From a virus (taxonomy: Duplodnaviria; Caudoviricetes): 64,000 nucleotides of DNA. The position numbers and the translations under genes are program-made. Where the stretch lies: the IMG/VR virus record IMGVR_UViG_3300021425_002620; one strand, given 5' to 3'. Every line of letters starts with the position of its first letter. The first letter of the stretch is position 1. The notes below the pieces were generated by a model. That model saw only the letters and a program-made list of their open reading frames with translations. It had not been told where the DNA came from and did no database searches. Below are positions 53,974 through 61,845 of the stretch, one piece after another.

Positions 53974-54465
53974 TTAGTTTCCGCCTTTGTTTGGACTTAT
54001 ATTTTTTGCTTTAATATTTTTTGCTGAAATCTTCTTTGTAGTAACTGCTTGTTCAGTTGCTTTTTTCTCAGCTAGTTTAGCATGTAAAGTATCTTTATAT
54101 TCTGATTCAGTCTTGCGAAGTTTCTTTTTACCACGCTTGCCACTTGCTTTTGCAGCATGTACCGCCTTACGATGTGCATCAGATTTAAATTTTCCTTCTG
54201 CAACTTCTTCACCTAGCTCACCTGTTGCTTCTTCGTAGTCTAGATGATGATATACACTGCCGATATAATCTGCTGACTTAGTAATTTTTGATTGAACCCA
54301 ACCTTCTAAGCCTTGTTCTTCGGATACACCTTTAAGCATGTCATGTAGTTTGATTGCATATTTTGCAATTTTATAAAGGTCTGAACGAGCCATTTGTACT
54401 TCGTGATCACGCTCTGCACGATCAGCTAGTTCGCCTAAACCTTCTTGTATTTCTGTTTTGTTCAT
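53974..54465 (-). CDS. Putative virion-internal protein
   Basis: MNKTEIQE-G N-terminus, VAE-G junction, Lys-rich tail. Confidence 0.55.
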   Translation of the reverse strand: MNKTEIQEGLGELADRAERDHEVQMARSDLYKIAKYAIKLHDMLKGVSEEQGLEGWVQSKITKSADYIGSVYHHLDYEEATGELGEEVAEGKFKSDAHRKAVHAAKASGKRGKKKLRKTESEYKDTLHAKLAEKKATEQAVTTKKISAKNIKAKNISPNKGGN

Positions 54466-54489
54466 TTATAATCTCCGGATCTTATATAC

Positions 54490-54496
54490 TATTTAT
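54490..54496 (-). promoter_or_regulatory. T4-type late promoter box
   Basis: ATAAATA over the upstream stop, leader with GGAG. Confidence 0.55.
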
Positions 54497-54828
54497 CTTT
54501 TGATAGGTTTGCCGCCCATGATATTATTTTTAACATCTAATGCATTTTTAGCAGTACCATCTGTATTTTTAACTTGTGGTGCTTTCGGCGCTCCGTATTT
54601 GCCCTTCTTTGTAGATTTAGCATGTGCATATGTTGGATTAACAACTGCGGCTATATTACCTGATGATGTTGCTCCTGCTGTTGCATCTTCTTTAACGTCT
54701 TCTGCATTACAATTACAGTGAGGACAGTCTGGTGGACATTTACAATCTTCTCTTTTTACGTCTGCTCCACAACATTTATCTGAACAATGTGTATCTCTTT
54801 TTTGTTCTAGTAATTCGCTTATTTTCAT
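54493..54828 (-). CDS. Putative virion-internal protein with Cys-rich segment
   Basis: MKISELLE-Q N-terminus, HCSDKCC...CKCPPDCPHCNC, VKE-DATAG junction. Confidence 0.6.
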   Translation of the reverse strand: MKISELLEQKRDTHCSDKCCGADVKREDCKCPPDCPHCNCNAEDVKEDATAGATSSGNIAAVVNPTYAHAKSTKKGKYGAPKAPQVKNTDGTAKNALDVKNNIMGGKPIKR

Positions 54829-54837
54829 TTTTCTTTC

Positions 54838-55074
54838 CTATCTCACAAATTGCTGTATTAGAAACATACAACTTAACATAAGTCCTAACAAACTAACTTG
54901 TAGTATAGAAAGACCTATAATAAGTTTTCCTTGTACATCTGCCCAATACTTTCCTTCTGTATTAATCCATTCCTTTTGTTCTTCCGGTGTGCAATCTCTA
55001 GGCTGCCAGATCATTCCAGGTTGTCTACCTGCTGTTTCATAAGGTGTGTAAAATTTCATTTCTGTTTGCTTCAT
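54838..55074 (-). CDS. Small membrane protein
   Basis: C-terminal hydrophobic helix. Confidence 0.65.
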   Translation of the reverse strand: MKQTEMKFYTPYETAGRQPGMIWQPRDCTPEEQKEWINTEGKYWADVQGKLIIGLSILQVSLLGLMLSCMFLIQQFVR

Positions 55075-55238
55075 TTTAAGTATTCTTTATAAGTTTTCCA
55101 ATAGTTTTGGCGTTCATTTGTGCTTGCTCGTCGAGCTTCATGTTCTTTAAGTTTTTTAATATAGTGACTTATATCTGTGTTATCTCTTGGATAAAGTTCT
55201 ACTATTTTTTCTTCCGTCCCGACTTCATATTTGCGCAC
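55071..55238 (-). CDS. Possible 55-aa protein, missing from the ORF track
   Basis: GTG/TTG start; ...ELYPRDNTDISHYIKKLKEHEARRASTNERQNYWKTYKEYLK; stop forms ATGA overlap with next gene and fills a 130-bp gap. Confidence 0.45.
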   Translation of the reverse strand: MRKYEVGTEEKIVELYPRDNTDISHYIKKLKEHEARRASTNERQNYWKTYKEYLK

Positions 55239-56773
55239 CAATGATACATCCTCGCTTTCTCACCTGAGTATTTTTTTGCTTTCTTACGTAAACTAGTTAC
55301 CGATCCTTTACAACTTGCACCAGCCTTTTTGACTCTACCAGGACGACTTTTGCCTTTTTTCTTTCCGTCAGCAAAATTTTCTGCAAGTTCAGCAACTTCA
55401 TCTGGCACTTCGAACTGCCATACAGTTGCTTTACTGTTCTGTGCCATCATTGCAGTAAGTCTTGTGTTACCACCTACAAGTTCTTTGTATCCGTCACTGT
55501 AAACAGCAACGATAGGCATTTCAACATCGCCACTTTTTAATTGTGCTAATGCTCTTGCTTGTTTGTTTTTATCTAAACTTTTAAATGAGTTAGGGTCTGC
55601 TGCATCTGTGTTATTAATATCTTTAGCACTTTTAATAGTTACTGCTTTGCCCTTCTTAGCAAGTTTAATCCATTCTTTTTTACCAAGTTTCTTAAACTCT
55701 GGATAGCGAGTTGCTTCTTCCCATTCTACATCAAACTTTGGTTTTACAAATTTTATACTGTTAGTAATATTTTCTTCTAGCCAACTTTCGTCTAACATAT
55801 CTTCTAATACAGCATCTGCCATGTGTACACGAGCATACTCTGCACCTGTTAAACGCAGTGCATCATATCTATGATGTCCGTTTACAATGCGTCCTTTTCG
55901 ATCAATTTGTAAAGGTGCATAATCGTCGTTTAAAACTTTTACTAACTGTCTGCCTAGTTTATGCCATTGACGTTCGCTTTGTACACTTTTTAATTTGTCT
56001 AATTTAATTTTTCCAAGAGGCCCGAACTTTTTAATTTGAGGAGGTGCTTCTCCACCTGTAGGTTTGTCATCAAAGTGTGCGTCTTTATAACCTTGTGCAT
56101 CTTGTACATCATATCCTATGCGTTTTAGTTGTTTCATAAGATACTTCATTTCTTTTTCACCAGCATATGGCGCAACCATTATATCTGGTTCATCAACATT
56201 ACCACCAGCTGGCACTGATTTTAAATTAGCCATATTAGTACCTAATTTAACAAAATCATATGCTGTATCTGATTTTGTTATGAAAGTATTGCTAGGATTT
56301 GGTATTAAAGAACCTTCGTTTGATACACTATCTATTGCTTTAGGACCGTCTGGATGTTTAGGATTTAAGACAACAGTTTCGCCATTCATTAGTTCTGAAA
56401 TGTTTGCTGCTTTACCTAAACTATCTAAAAGTCTATGTAATTTGTCTTTAGGATCGTAATTGCCGCTTTCGTAACCTTTTTTGCCACGAACTTCTACACG
56501 ATTCTTTCCTTTTTCTTTTATATGTAAAATATCGTAATCGTCCGTGCGTTCAAATTTTATAGCAACACTTTCAGTAAGTCCTAAATTAAACATAACGTTA
56601 GTTGACTTACCTTTGATTTTTTTGCTTAGTGTAGGAGGCCTTCCATCTTTGTCAACTTTGTTTCCAAACTTTGCAGCCTGTTTTTTGATCTCACCGGGAC
56701 CAACATCAGCAGTTTGATTTTGTTTAGTTATACGGCCAACGCCTGCTGCTTCTTTAATGTCGTCCCATCTCAT
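55202..56773 (-). CDS. Modular protein with two ParB/Srx-like domains, putative virion-internal polyprotein
   Basis: PLQIDRKGRIVNGHHRYDAL and PIVAVY...LVGGNTRLTAM; modules separated by LTE-S, LEE-N, LAE-N; MRWDDIKE-A N-terminus. Confidence 0.65.
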   Translation of the reverse strand: MRWDDIKEAAGVGRITKQNQTADVGPGEIKKQAAKFGNKVDKDGRPPTLSKKIKGKSTNVMFNLGLTESVAIKFERTDDYDILHIKEKGKNRVEVRGKKGYESGNYDPKDKLHRLLDSLGKAANISELMNGETVVLNPKHPDGPKAIDSVSNEGSLIPNPSNTFITKSDTAYDFVKLGTNMANLKSVPAGGNVDEPDIMVAPYAGEKEMKYLMKQLKRIGYDVQDAQGYKDAHFDDKPTGGEAPPQIKKFGPLGKIKLDKLKSVQSERQWHKLGRQLVKVLNDDYAPLQIDRKGRIVNGHHRYDALRLTGAEYARVHMADAVLEDMLDESWLEENITNSIKFVKPKFDVEWEEATRYPEFKKLGKKEWIKLAKKGKAVTIKSAKDINNTDAADPNSFKSLDKNKQARALAQLKSGDVEMPIVAVYSDGYKELVGGNTRLTAMMAQNSKATVWQFEVPDEVAELAENFADGKKKGKSRPGRVKKAGASCKGSVTSLRKKAKKYSGEKARMYHWCANMKSGRKKK

Positions 56774-56991
56774 TTTTTACGACTCCTAAGTCCGGGTGGA
56801 TATTCTTGGCCCTTCCAGTAAGGTCTACTAAACCAAAGTTTAAACCAATCTTCGTCACCTGGACGTAAATTCTTTTCTCTTTCTATACGTTGCTTTTCAG
56901 TACCTGTAACAGATATATTTTCTTGATAAGGAGTATATCCTTTAAACTCGTTAACACCTGCTAGTTTTTTAATGTACTCAAGCTCGTCCAT
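56770..56991 (-). CDS. Hypothetical protein
   Basis: 73-aa ORF with ATGA/TAATG overlaps; IKKLAGVNE motif. Confidence 0.7.
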   Translation of the reverse strand: MDELEYIKKLAGVNEFKGYTPYQENISVTGTEKQRIEREKNLRPGDEDWFKLWFSRPYWKGQEYPPGLRSRKK

Positions 56992-57929
56992 TATTTTTTA
57001 GCCATTTTAGTTGCTGTTGCATACATTACTGCTTCTGCATCTTTGCCATAACGCTTTTTAAAATCGCTTTTGTTTTTCTTCATGCCTTTAACATATTTTT
57101 CTTTATCTTTTTCTTCACCTTTAGAAAGTTCACGTTCAATAATTGCTAGTGCTTGTTTTATATCTTCTTTTGTTACAATATAACGTTTGCCTTTAGCTTT
57201 AATTTCTTTACCTGCAATATACTTTAGTAGTGCTGATAATTTTTCTACATCTTCTTCTCTGTTGACGTAGTCTTGAATCATATCTTTAATGTAGTTAATT
57301 AAACTACCTTTGTCTAGTATTAAGTCACCTTCTTCAACAGGTTCTACATCTTTTACACCCATGCCTTTGCGTACAGCATCATACATAGTTTGTGCTAGTT
57401 TCTTATCTGGTACACCTTGTGCAAATGTTTCTAATTCACCCGCAGCAGCCGCTGCTCTCATTTTGCTTGCACTCATGCCACTTACATCATCAGCATCTGG
57501 ATCACGTTCACCAGCACTTAGTACATTGATACTATCAAACTTAAACGGAACATTACCACTTTTATCAGGTTGACCGTTGTATGTATCAAATAATTTTTGG
57601 AATCCTGCTACACGATCACTTCCTGCTATAAAAATAACATCAGTATATCCTAAACCTTGTAACATTTCTAATGCTTGTACAGGTGTGCGTACACTTTCAT
57701 GACCAATGTTTATACCAGGAAAGAATTGTTTAGCAAACTTTAACTTCGTTGCAAAGTCTAGTGGATCTGTCTTAGGCTTTTGTGTTTGACTTAAGAATAG
57801 ATAATGATCGCCATCTTGCTTCTTGATAGCGTCTACTAATTTAGCATGACCTATTGTAGGTGGATTTAATCTACCAAATGCTAATACTGCTTGTTTTTTA
57901 GGTGCTTCGTATAACTCTCTTAATAACAT
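56991..57929 (-). CDS. HIGH-superfamily nucleotidyltransferase (phage cytidyltransferase/NMNAT-like)
   Basis: AFGRLNPPTIGH, IAGSDR, SAG.RD.D....GMSASKMR; start ATG 57929 (MLLRELYE-A). Confidence 0.85.
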   Translation of the reverse strand: MLLRELYEAPKKQAVLAFGRLNPPTIGHAKLVDAIKKQDGDHYLFLSQTQKPKTDPLDFATKLKFAKQFFPGINIGHESVRTPVQALEMLQGLGYTDVIFIAGSDRVAGFQKLFDTYNGQPDKSGNVPFKFDSINVLSAGERDPDADDVSGMSASKMRAAAAAGELETFAQGVPDKKLAQTMYDAVRKGMGVKDVEPVEEGDLILDKGSLINYIKDMIQDYVNREEDVEKLSALLKYIAGKEIKAKGKRYIVTKEDIKQALAIIERELSKGEEKDKEKYVKGMKKNKSDFKKRYGKDAEAVMYATATKMAKK

Positions 57930-57933
57930 TATC

Positions 57934-59034
57934 TTAATTAGGCTGCCAACGTGTTCTAGGTACAAGTTTAGTTTTGCTACCTAGTGCAACATATCCTTCA
58001 CCGCCTTTTTCTCCTCCTGTTGATGCTTTAACATCTGCATCAGCATTATCTAATTGATCTATAATACTATCTTTAGCAGTCATAACCTGCTTTATAAGAT
58101 CAAACATTTCTGGTAATGCTTTTGGATTAGCATCATTCATTGCTGCTAATTTTGCCTGTTGTCCTTGACTTACTTTACTAGTTTTTAACCAATCAAAAAA
58201 CCCTGTAGCAATCTTATCTAACTGCTGCGTACGAGTCATATGGTTCATATACGTATAAATTATTTGAGCTGGATTACTTAAACCTTGTGTACCTGCTAAA
58301 AATTGATCTATATCAGTTGCATACTTTTTAGCCTTTGCTCTTACAGCATCAACAACTTTAGTGTCTACATTTGGTTGATGTGTAACATATGTTTGTCCTA
58401 ATACTACTGCATCTTTTGAATTAAGTTCTGAAACATTTTCTATAGGGGTTCCTGATTTACTACCCCACTCTTCATACTTTTGATGTACTACTAAGCCTAC
58501 CTTAGACCCTGCTATACGCTTTCCTAAATCACTTGAAGGATCTACAGTATACTTTACTTTATTAGGTGTAAATTCTAAACCGTCGTTGCTTGATACAAAT
58601 GATTTACGTGGACTGTATAGTAAGTCACCGTATACGTAACCTCTAAAGTTAGGTGGTGTTGAATTTTTCATTACATCAAAAATTTCAGCCATTTCTTGAC
58701 CAAACTCTTTACGCCATGGTTCTTCTTCTACACCTTTACCTGAATTTTGAATAAAACGTGATAAATCCTGTGACGATGTTGATTTGTTTTTGCCCCAACC
58801 GTTTTTACCTACAAGTACAAATGTACCATCAGGTTCACGTCCCCAATAAATTGTTGGATTGCCGTCCCACTTAATAGCAACATCTCCGCTGTCGCTACCT
58901 AGTTTTTCTAGTATGTCTGCTGCTTCTAAAGCACCTTTAGATCCTTTAACAAATACCAAATCCTCAAGATGCTGATATTCGCGCCCAACTTTTGCTGCTT
59001 CGGTTAGAACGTGACGGAATTCAGCAAAGCGCAT
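57934..59034 (-). CDS. RNA-ligase-like covalent nucleotidyltransferase fold protein
   Basis: Motif I IKWDG, motif III YGDLL, motif IV EGYV, motif V KLV; MRFAEF..VLTE-A N-terminus. Confidence 0.6.
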   Translation of the reverse strand: MRFAEFRHVLTEAAKVGREYQHLEDLVFVKGSKGALEAADILEKLGSDSGDVAIKWDGNPTIYWGREPDGTFVLVGKNGWGKNKSTSSQDLSRFIQNSGKGVEEEPWRKEFGQEMAEIFDVMKNSTPPNFRGYVYGDLLYSPRKSFVSSNDGLEFTPNKVKYTVDPSSDLGKRIAGSKVGLVVHQKYEEWGSKSGTPIENVSELNSKDAVVLGQTYVTHQPNVDTKVVDAVRAKAKKYATDIDQFLAGTQGLSNPAQIIYTYMNHMTRTQQLDKIATGFFDWLKTSKVSQGQQAKLAAMNDANPKALPEMFDLIKQVMTAKDSIIDQLDNADADVKASTGGEKGGEGYVALGSKTKLVPRTRWQPN

Positions 59035-59369
59035 TAGTACTCTCCTGACTCTAGTTTTGGCATTTCCTCGTCATAAAGTTTTTCAATGATAGCATCTTCA
59101 TCTTCTTTTGTAAAGACACTTTGCGGATTGGCTGCGACATTAAATTTAGCACAATAATCTTTAATTGCACTTTTTATCATAGGTCTTGTGTTTGCTACAA
59201 AGTTACAATCATTGCCTTTAATGCTTTCGTCTTGCATTTTAACCATACAAGGGTAATAAGACTTGCGATAAAAATTAGGATCGTTTTTCATAAAGACCAT
59301 TAGGTCGTCAGTAACACTAAATGGTAATTCTTTTTCAAACTTTTTGCTAGTAAATTCATCTATACGCAT
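59034..59369 (-). CDS. Hypothetical protein, putative virion-internal
   Basis: True start ATG 59369 (MRIDEF...), directly after upstream stop. Confidence 0.7.
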   Translation of the reverse strand: MRIDEFTSKKFEKELPFSVTDDLMVFMKNDPNFYRKSYYPCMVKMQDESIKGNDCNFVANTRPMIKSAIKDYCAKFNVAANPQSVFTKEDEDAIIEKLYDEEMPKLESGEY

Positions 59370-59370
59370 A

Positions 59371-59940
59371 TTACCACTTCCTACATGACCAGTATCTTGC
59401 TTTTGTTCTTGGACCTGGATTATCACAGTTGTGTCTAGCACGGAATGAACGTCTACGTGCTGGGTTAGACTTTTTAATCTTCATGTTAGGATCGCCAAAG
59501 TTTACTTTTTTTACATTCTTAGTCTTTGGATCTCTAACATATACTTTAAATTTTTTAACATCTCCACGCATAGGTTTACCAAGTTTAACTTTACGTCCTT
59601 GATATTCTGCTTCGTCCATTTCGTCGTCATCATTGTACCACATTACACCATATTCTTCAAAGAAATCATCTCCGTCATATGTTTCTTCAATAATTTCTTC
59701 ATCAAGGTCTGTACTAATTTCTATATCAAAATCGTCAAATCCATTTTCAAACATATAGTTTGCTAGTCTTTCAGCATATTCTTCTGCTTCATCTTCTGAA
59801 AGCTCTCTCGCTAACGGTATTTGATAGGCGCTTGCACCTTGATCTGTTTCAAGTAATTCGTTACCTGGAAAGATAGATTCGTCTAAGTTTTCAGTTATGC
59901 TATCGTCTTTTTCAAATATTACTCTTACAAAATGTTCCAT
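59371..59940 (-). CDS. Acidic-N/basic-C two-part protein, putative virion-internal
   Basis: Very acidic first 110 aa, then DE-AEYQGRKV...VNFGDPNM...RRSFRARHNC...ARYWSC..W. Confidence 0.7.
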   Translation of the reverse strand: MEHFVRVIFEKDDSITENLDESIFPGNELLETDQGASAYQIPLARELSEDEAEEYAERLANYMFENGFDDFDIEISTDLDEEIIEETYDGDDFFEEYGVMWYNDDDEMDEAEYQGRKVKLGKPMRGDVKKFKVYVRDPKTKNVKKVNFGDPNMKIKKSNPARRRSFRARHNCDNPGPRTKARYWSCRKW

Positions 59941-59949
59941 GATATTTCC

Positions 59950-60738
59950 TTATAAGCCTTGGAGTTGTGTTACTAAATCATTTAGTGCATCTGATATACT
60001 TTGTGGATCTGTTTCGTCACCAATAGTTACGCTAAGGGTTGAAAAATCAACACCACTGCCGCCGCCACCTAGTAGTCCTGTATTATCTGTTAGTTCGCTT
60101 ATGTCTGTTGGTACTGTAGGCGCTGTATATTCAAATGTAAATACACCTGTAGTATTATCATATGATAAACTTGCACCAGCATCGGAAGTATCTGTTACAC
60201 TAAGATCAGTTAGTGCAATGCCACCTCCTGCACCAGTTTGATCTGCTACCCACTGGTAATCTGCCCCAGTCCAACTTAGTATTTGACCGCTAGTTGCAGT
60301 GCTTGTATTTAAGAGACTATTTACACTAGAATCTCCATAACTAGCAGCATCAGGATCAACATTTACAAATGAACCACTTGCATTATCAAACGCAAGTATT
60401 TGCCCGTCGCTTACACTAGTAATGTTTACATCTGCTAAATCTTCTAATTGACTAGGAACACTTGGAGCACCTGTTAAGTCTGCATATAGTCCACTAAACA
60501 ATGTAGGTCTATTAAGTAAATTATTATAATCGCCATTAAATGTATTTGCTGTAAGAGCATATACAGAAAGGTCTGGTTTGTTTGTTAGGCTGTTGTAGTC
60601 ACCATCAAAGGATTGAAGGCCACCTAGATTAACATAGACTTCATCAAAATTATCATTTACTTTACTAAATGCTGTGCGGAGACTTTCACCGTCGCCTGCA
60701 TAGTCTGTTGATCCTATATTAATTATTTTTTGTGCCAT
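59950..60738 (-). CDS. Baseplate/fibre structural protein with gp9/gp10-like N-terminus
   Basis: INIGS....GDGESLRTAF.KVNDNFDEVY resembles T4 gp9/gp10 N-termini; three F(D/N/S)G.Y..L...P repeats. Confidence 0.7.
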   Translation of the reverse strand: MAQKIINIGSTDYAGDGESLRTAFSKVNDNFDEVYVNLGGLQSFDGDYNSLTNKPDLSVYALTANTFNGDYNNLLNRPTLFSGLYADLTGAPSVPSQLEDLADVNITSVSDGQILAFDNASGSFVNVDPDAASYGDSSVNSLLNTSTATSGQILSWTGADYQWVADQTGAGGGIALTDLSVTDTSDAGASLSYDNTTGVFTFEYTAPTVPTDISELTDNTGLLGGGGSGVDFSTLSVTIGDETDPQSISDALNDLVTQLQGL

Positions 60739-60749
60739 TCTTTACGTCC

Positions 60750-61172
60750 TTAATAGTTCAACATTATACTGTCAACTGTTCCGTTTGTCCAGTTTCCTAG
60801 TATTGCTCTAACCCAAACATAGTTTCCTACAAAATTATAGTTAGCATTTATATTACTACTAGAATACGAAAGATCAGTTAATGTAATACTTTCTCCTACC
60901 GATATAGCACCTGTTGTATCAACAGTTCCTTGTACACTTGTATTGGTTTGTAATGTAATATCAAACCAATCTCCTTCTGAAGGATCAACTTCTAATGACC
61001 CTTGCATCTTTATCTCTCCAGAAAATCCGTTTAAATTAATTTGGACAGTATGAAATCCGTCTGCACGGCCATAATATCCGTCAGCTTTAAACTTATCTCC
61101 AGTGTATGATTGTACTGTGCTATCATCTGGATGTGTTTGTGTTGGTACTATTGTTTTACTATTATTCGGCAT
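60750..61172 (-). CDS. Hypothetical beta-rich protein, probably structural
   Basis: ATG 61172 5 nt after ATAAATA; beta-strand rich composition. Confidence 0.65.
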   Translation of the reverse strand: MPNNSKTIVPTQTHPDDSTVQSYTGDKFKADGYYGRADGFHTVQINLNGFSGEIKMQGSLEVDPSEGDWFDITLQTNTSVQGTVDTTGAISVGESITLTDLSYSSSNINANYNFVGNYVWVRAILGNWTNGTVDSIMLNY

Positions 61173-61176
61173 ACTA

Positions 61177-61845
61177 TTATTTATCAATATCTTGCTTACA
61201 TACTAATTTATCTATTCGCCGAATAGAAGGTGCAATCATTAATTTTATAAGATTTAAAACACGTTCGTCACGAGCATAAAAATAATAATTTGCACAGTGT
61301 AGAGATTCACGAATTGCATCTCTACATACAACACCCATTTTTACTTTATCTTCGTTTTTATCTAACCAAGTGTTAAATCCAGGATCAACATTATAGTCTC
61401 CAAATGTAATTTTATAGTCATAACCAGTATGTTCGTCAACTATAATTGTATTTGGCACAACATGTTTAACAAGTTCTTTAGGCGGCGCCGAAAAACTTAT
61501 AGGATCAGAAATTTTAGTTGCAAATAATAATAACCAAGATTTGTCATTGCTGTATACATGTACACTAGGGTGCTCGATCCTTATTTTATAATCAACATTT
61601 GTATTTTTAAGTTCGTGATATATTGCAACACATTCATAAAATATATGAGGTTCTATAGTAAACTGACGGTAGCCGGTAGATCTAACTAACGGCATACCTT
61701 TTTCTGATCTATGATAAAGTTCGTCTAATACTTCTTTAGCATAATTAAAATTTTTATCTCTAAAAATTGTTGCTAGAGAGTTACGAAAAACAAATTTGTA
61801 AAGATATTTGTTATAGAACAGTTTATTTGATTCAGATTGTAACAA
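61177..61845 (-). CDS. Hypothetical protein
   Basis: 222-aa ORF overlapping the clpA stop. Confidence 0.7.
   Translation of the reverse strand: MLQSESNKLFYNKYLYKFVFRNSLATIFRDKNFNYAKEVLDELYHRSEKGMPLVRSTGYRQFTIEPHIFYECVAIYHELKNTNVDYKIRIEHPSVHVYSNDKSWLLLFATKISDPISFSAPPKELVKHVVPNTIIVDEHTGYDYKITFGDYNVDPGFNTWLDKNEDKVKMGVVCRDAIRESLHCANYYFYARDERVLNLIKLMIAPSIRRIDKLVCKQDIDK
61178..61184 (-). promoter_or_regulatory. T4-type late promoter box, leaderless arrangement
   Basis: ATAAATA then 5 nt (atagt) then ATG at 61172. Confidence 0.65.
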
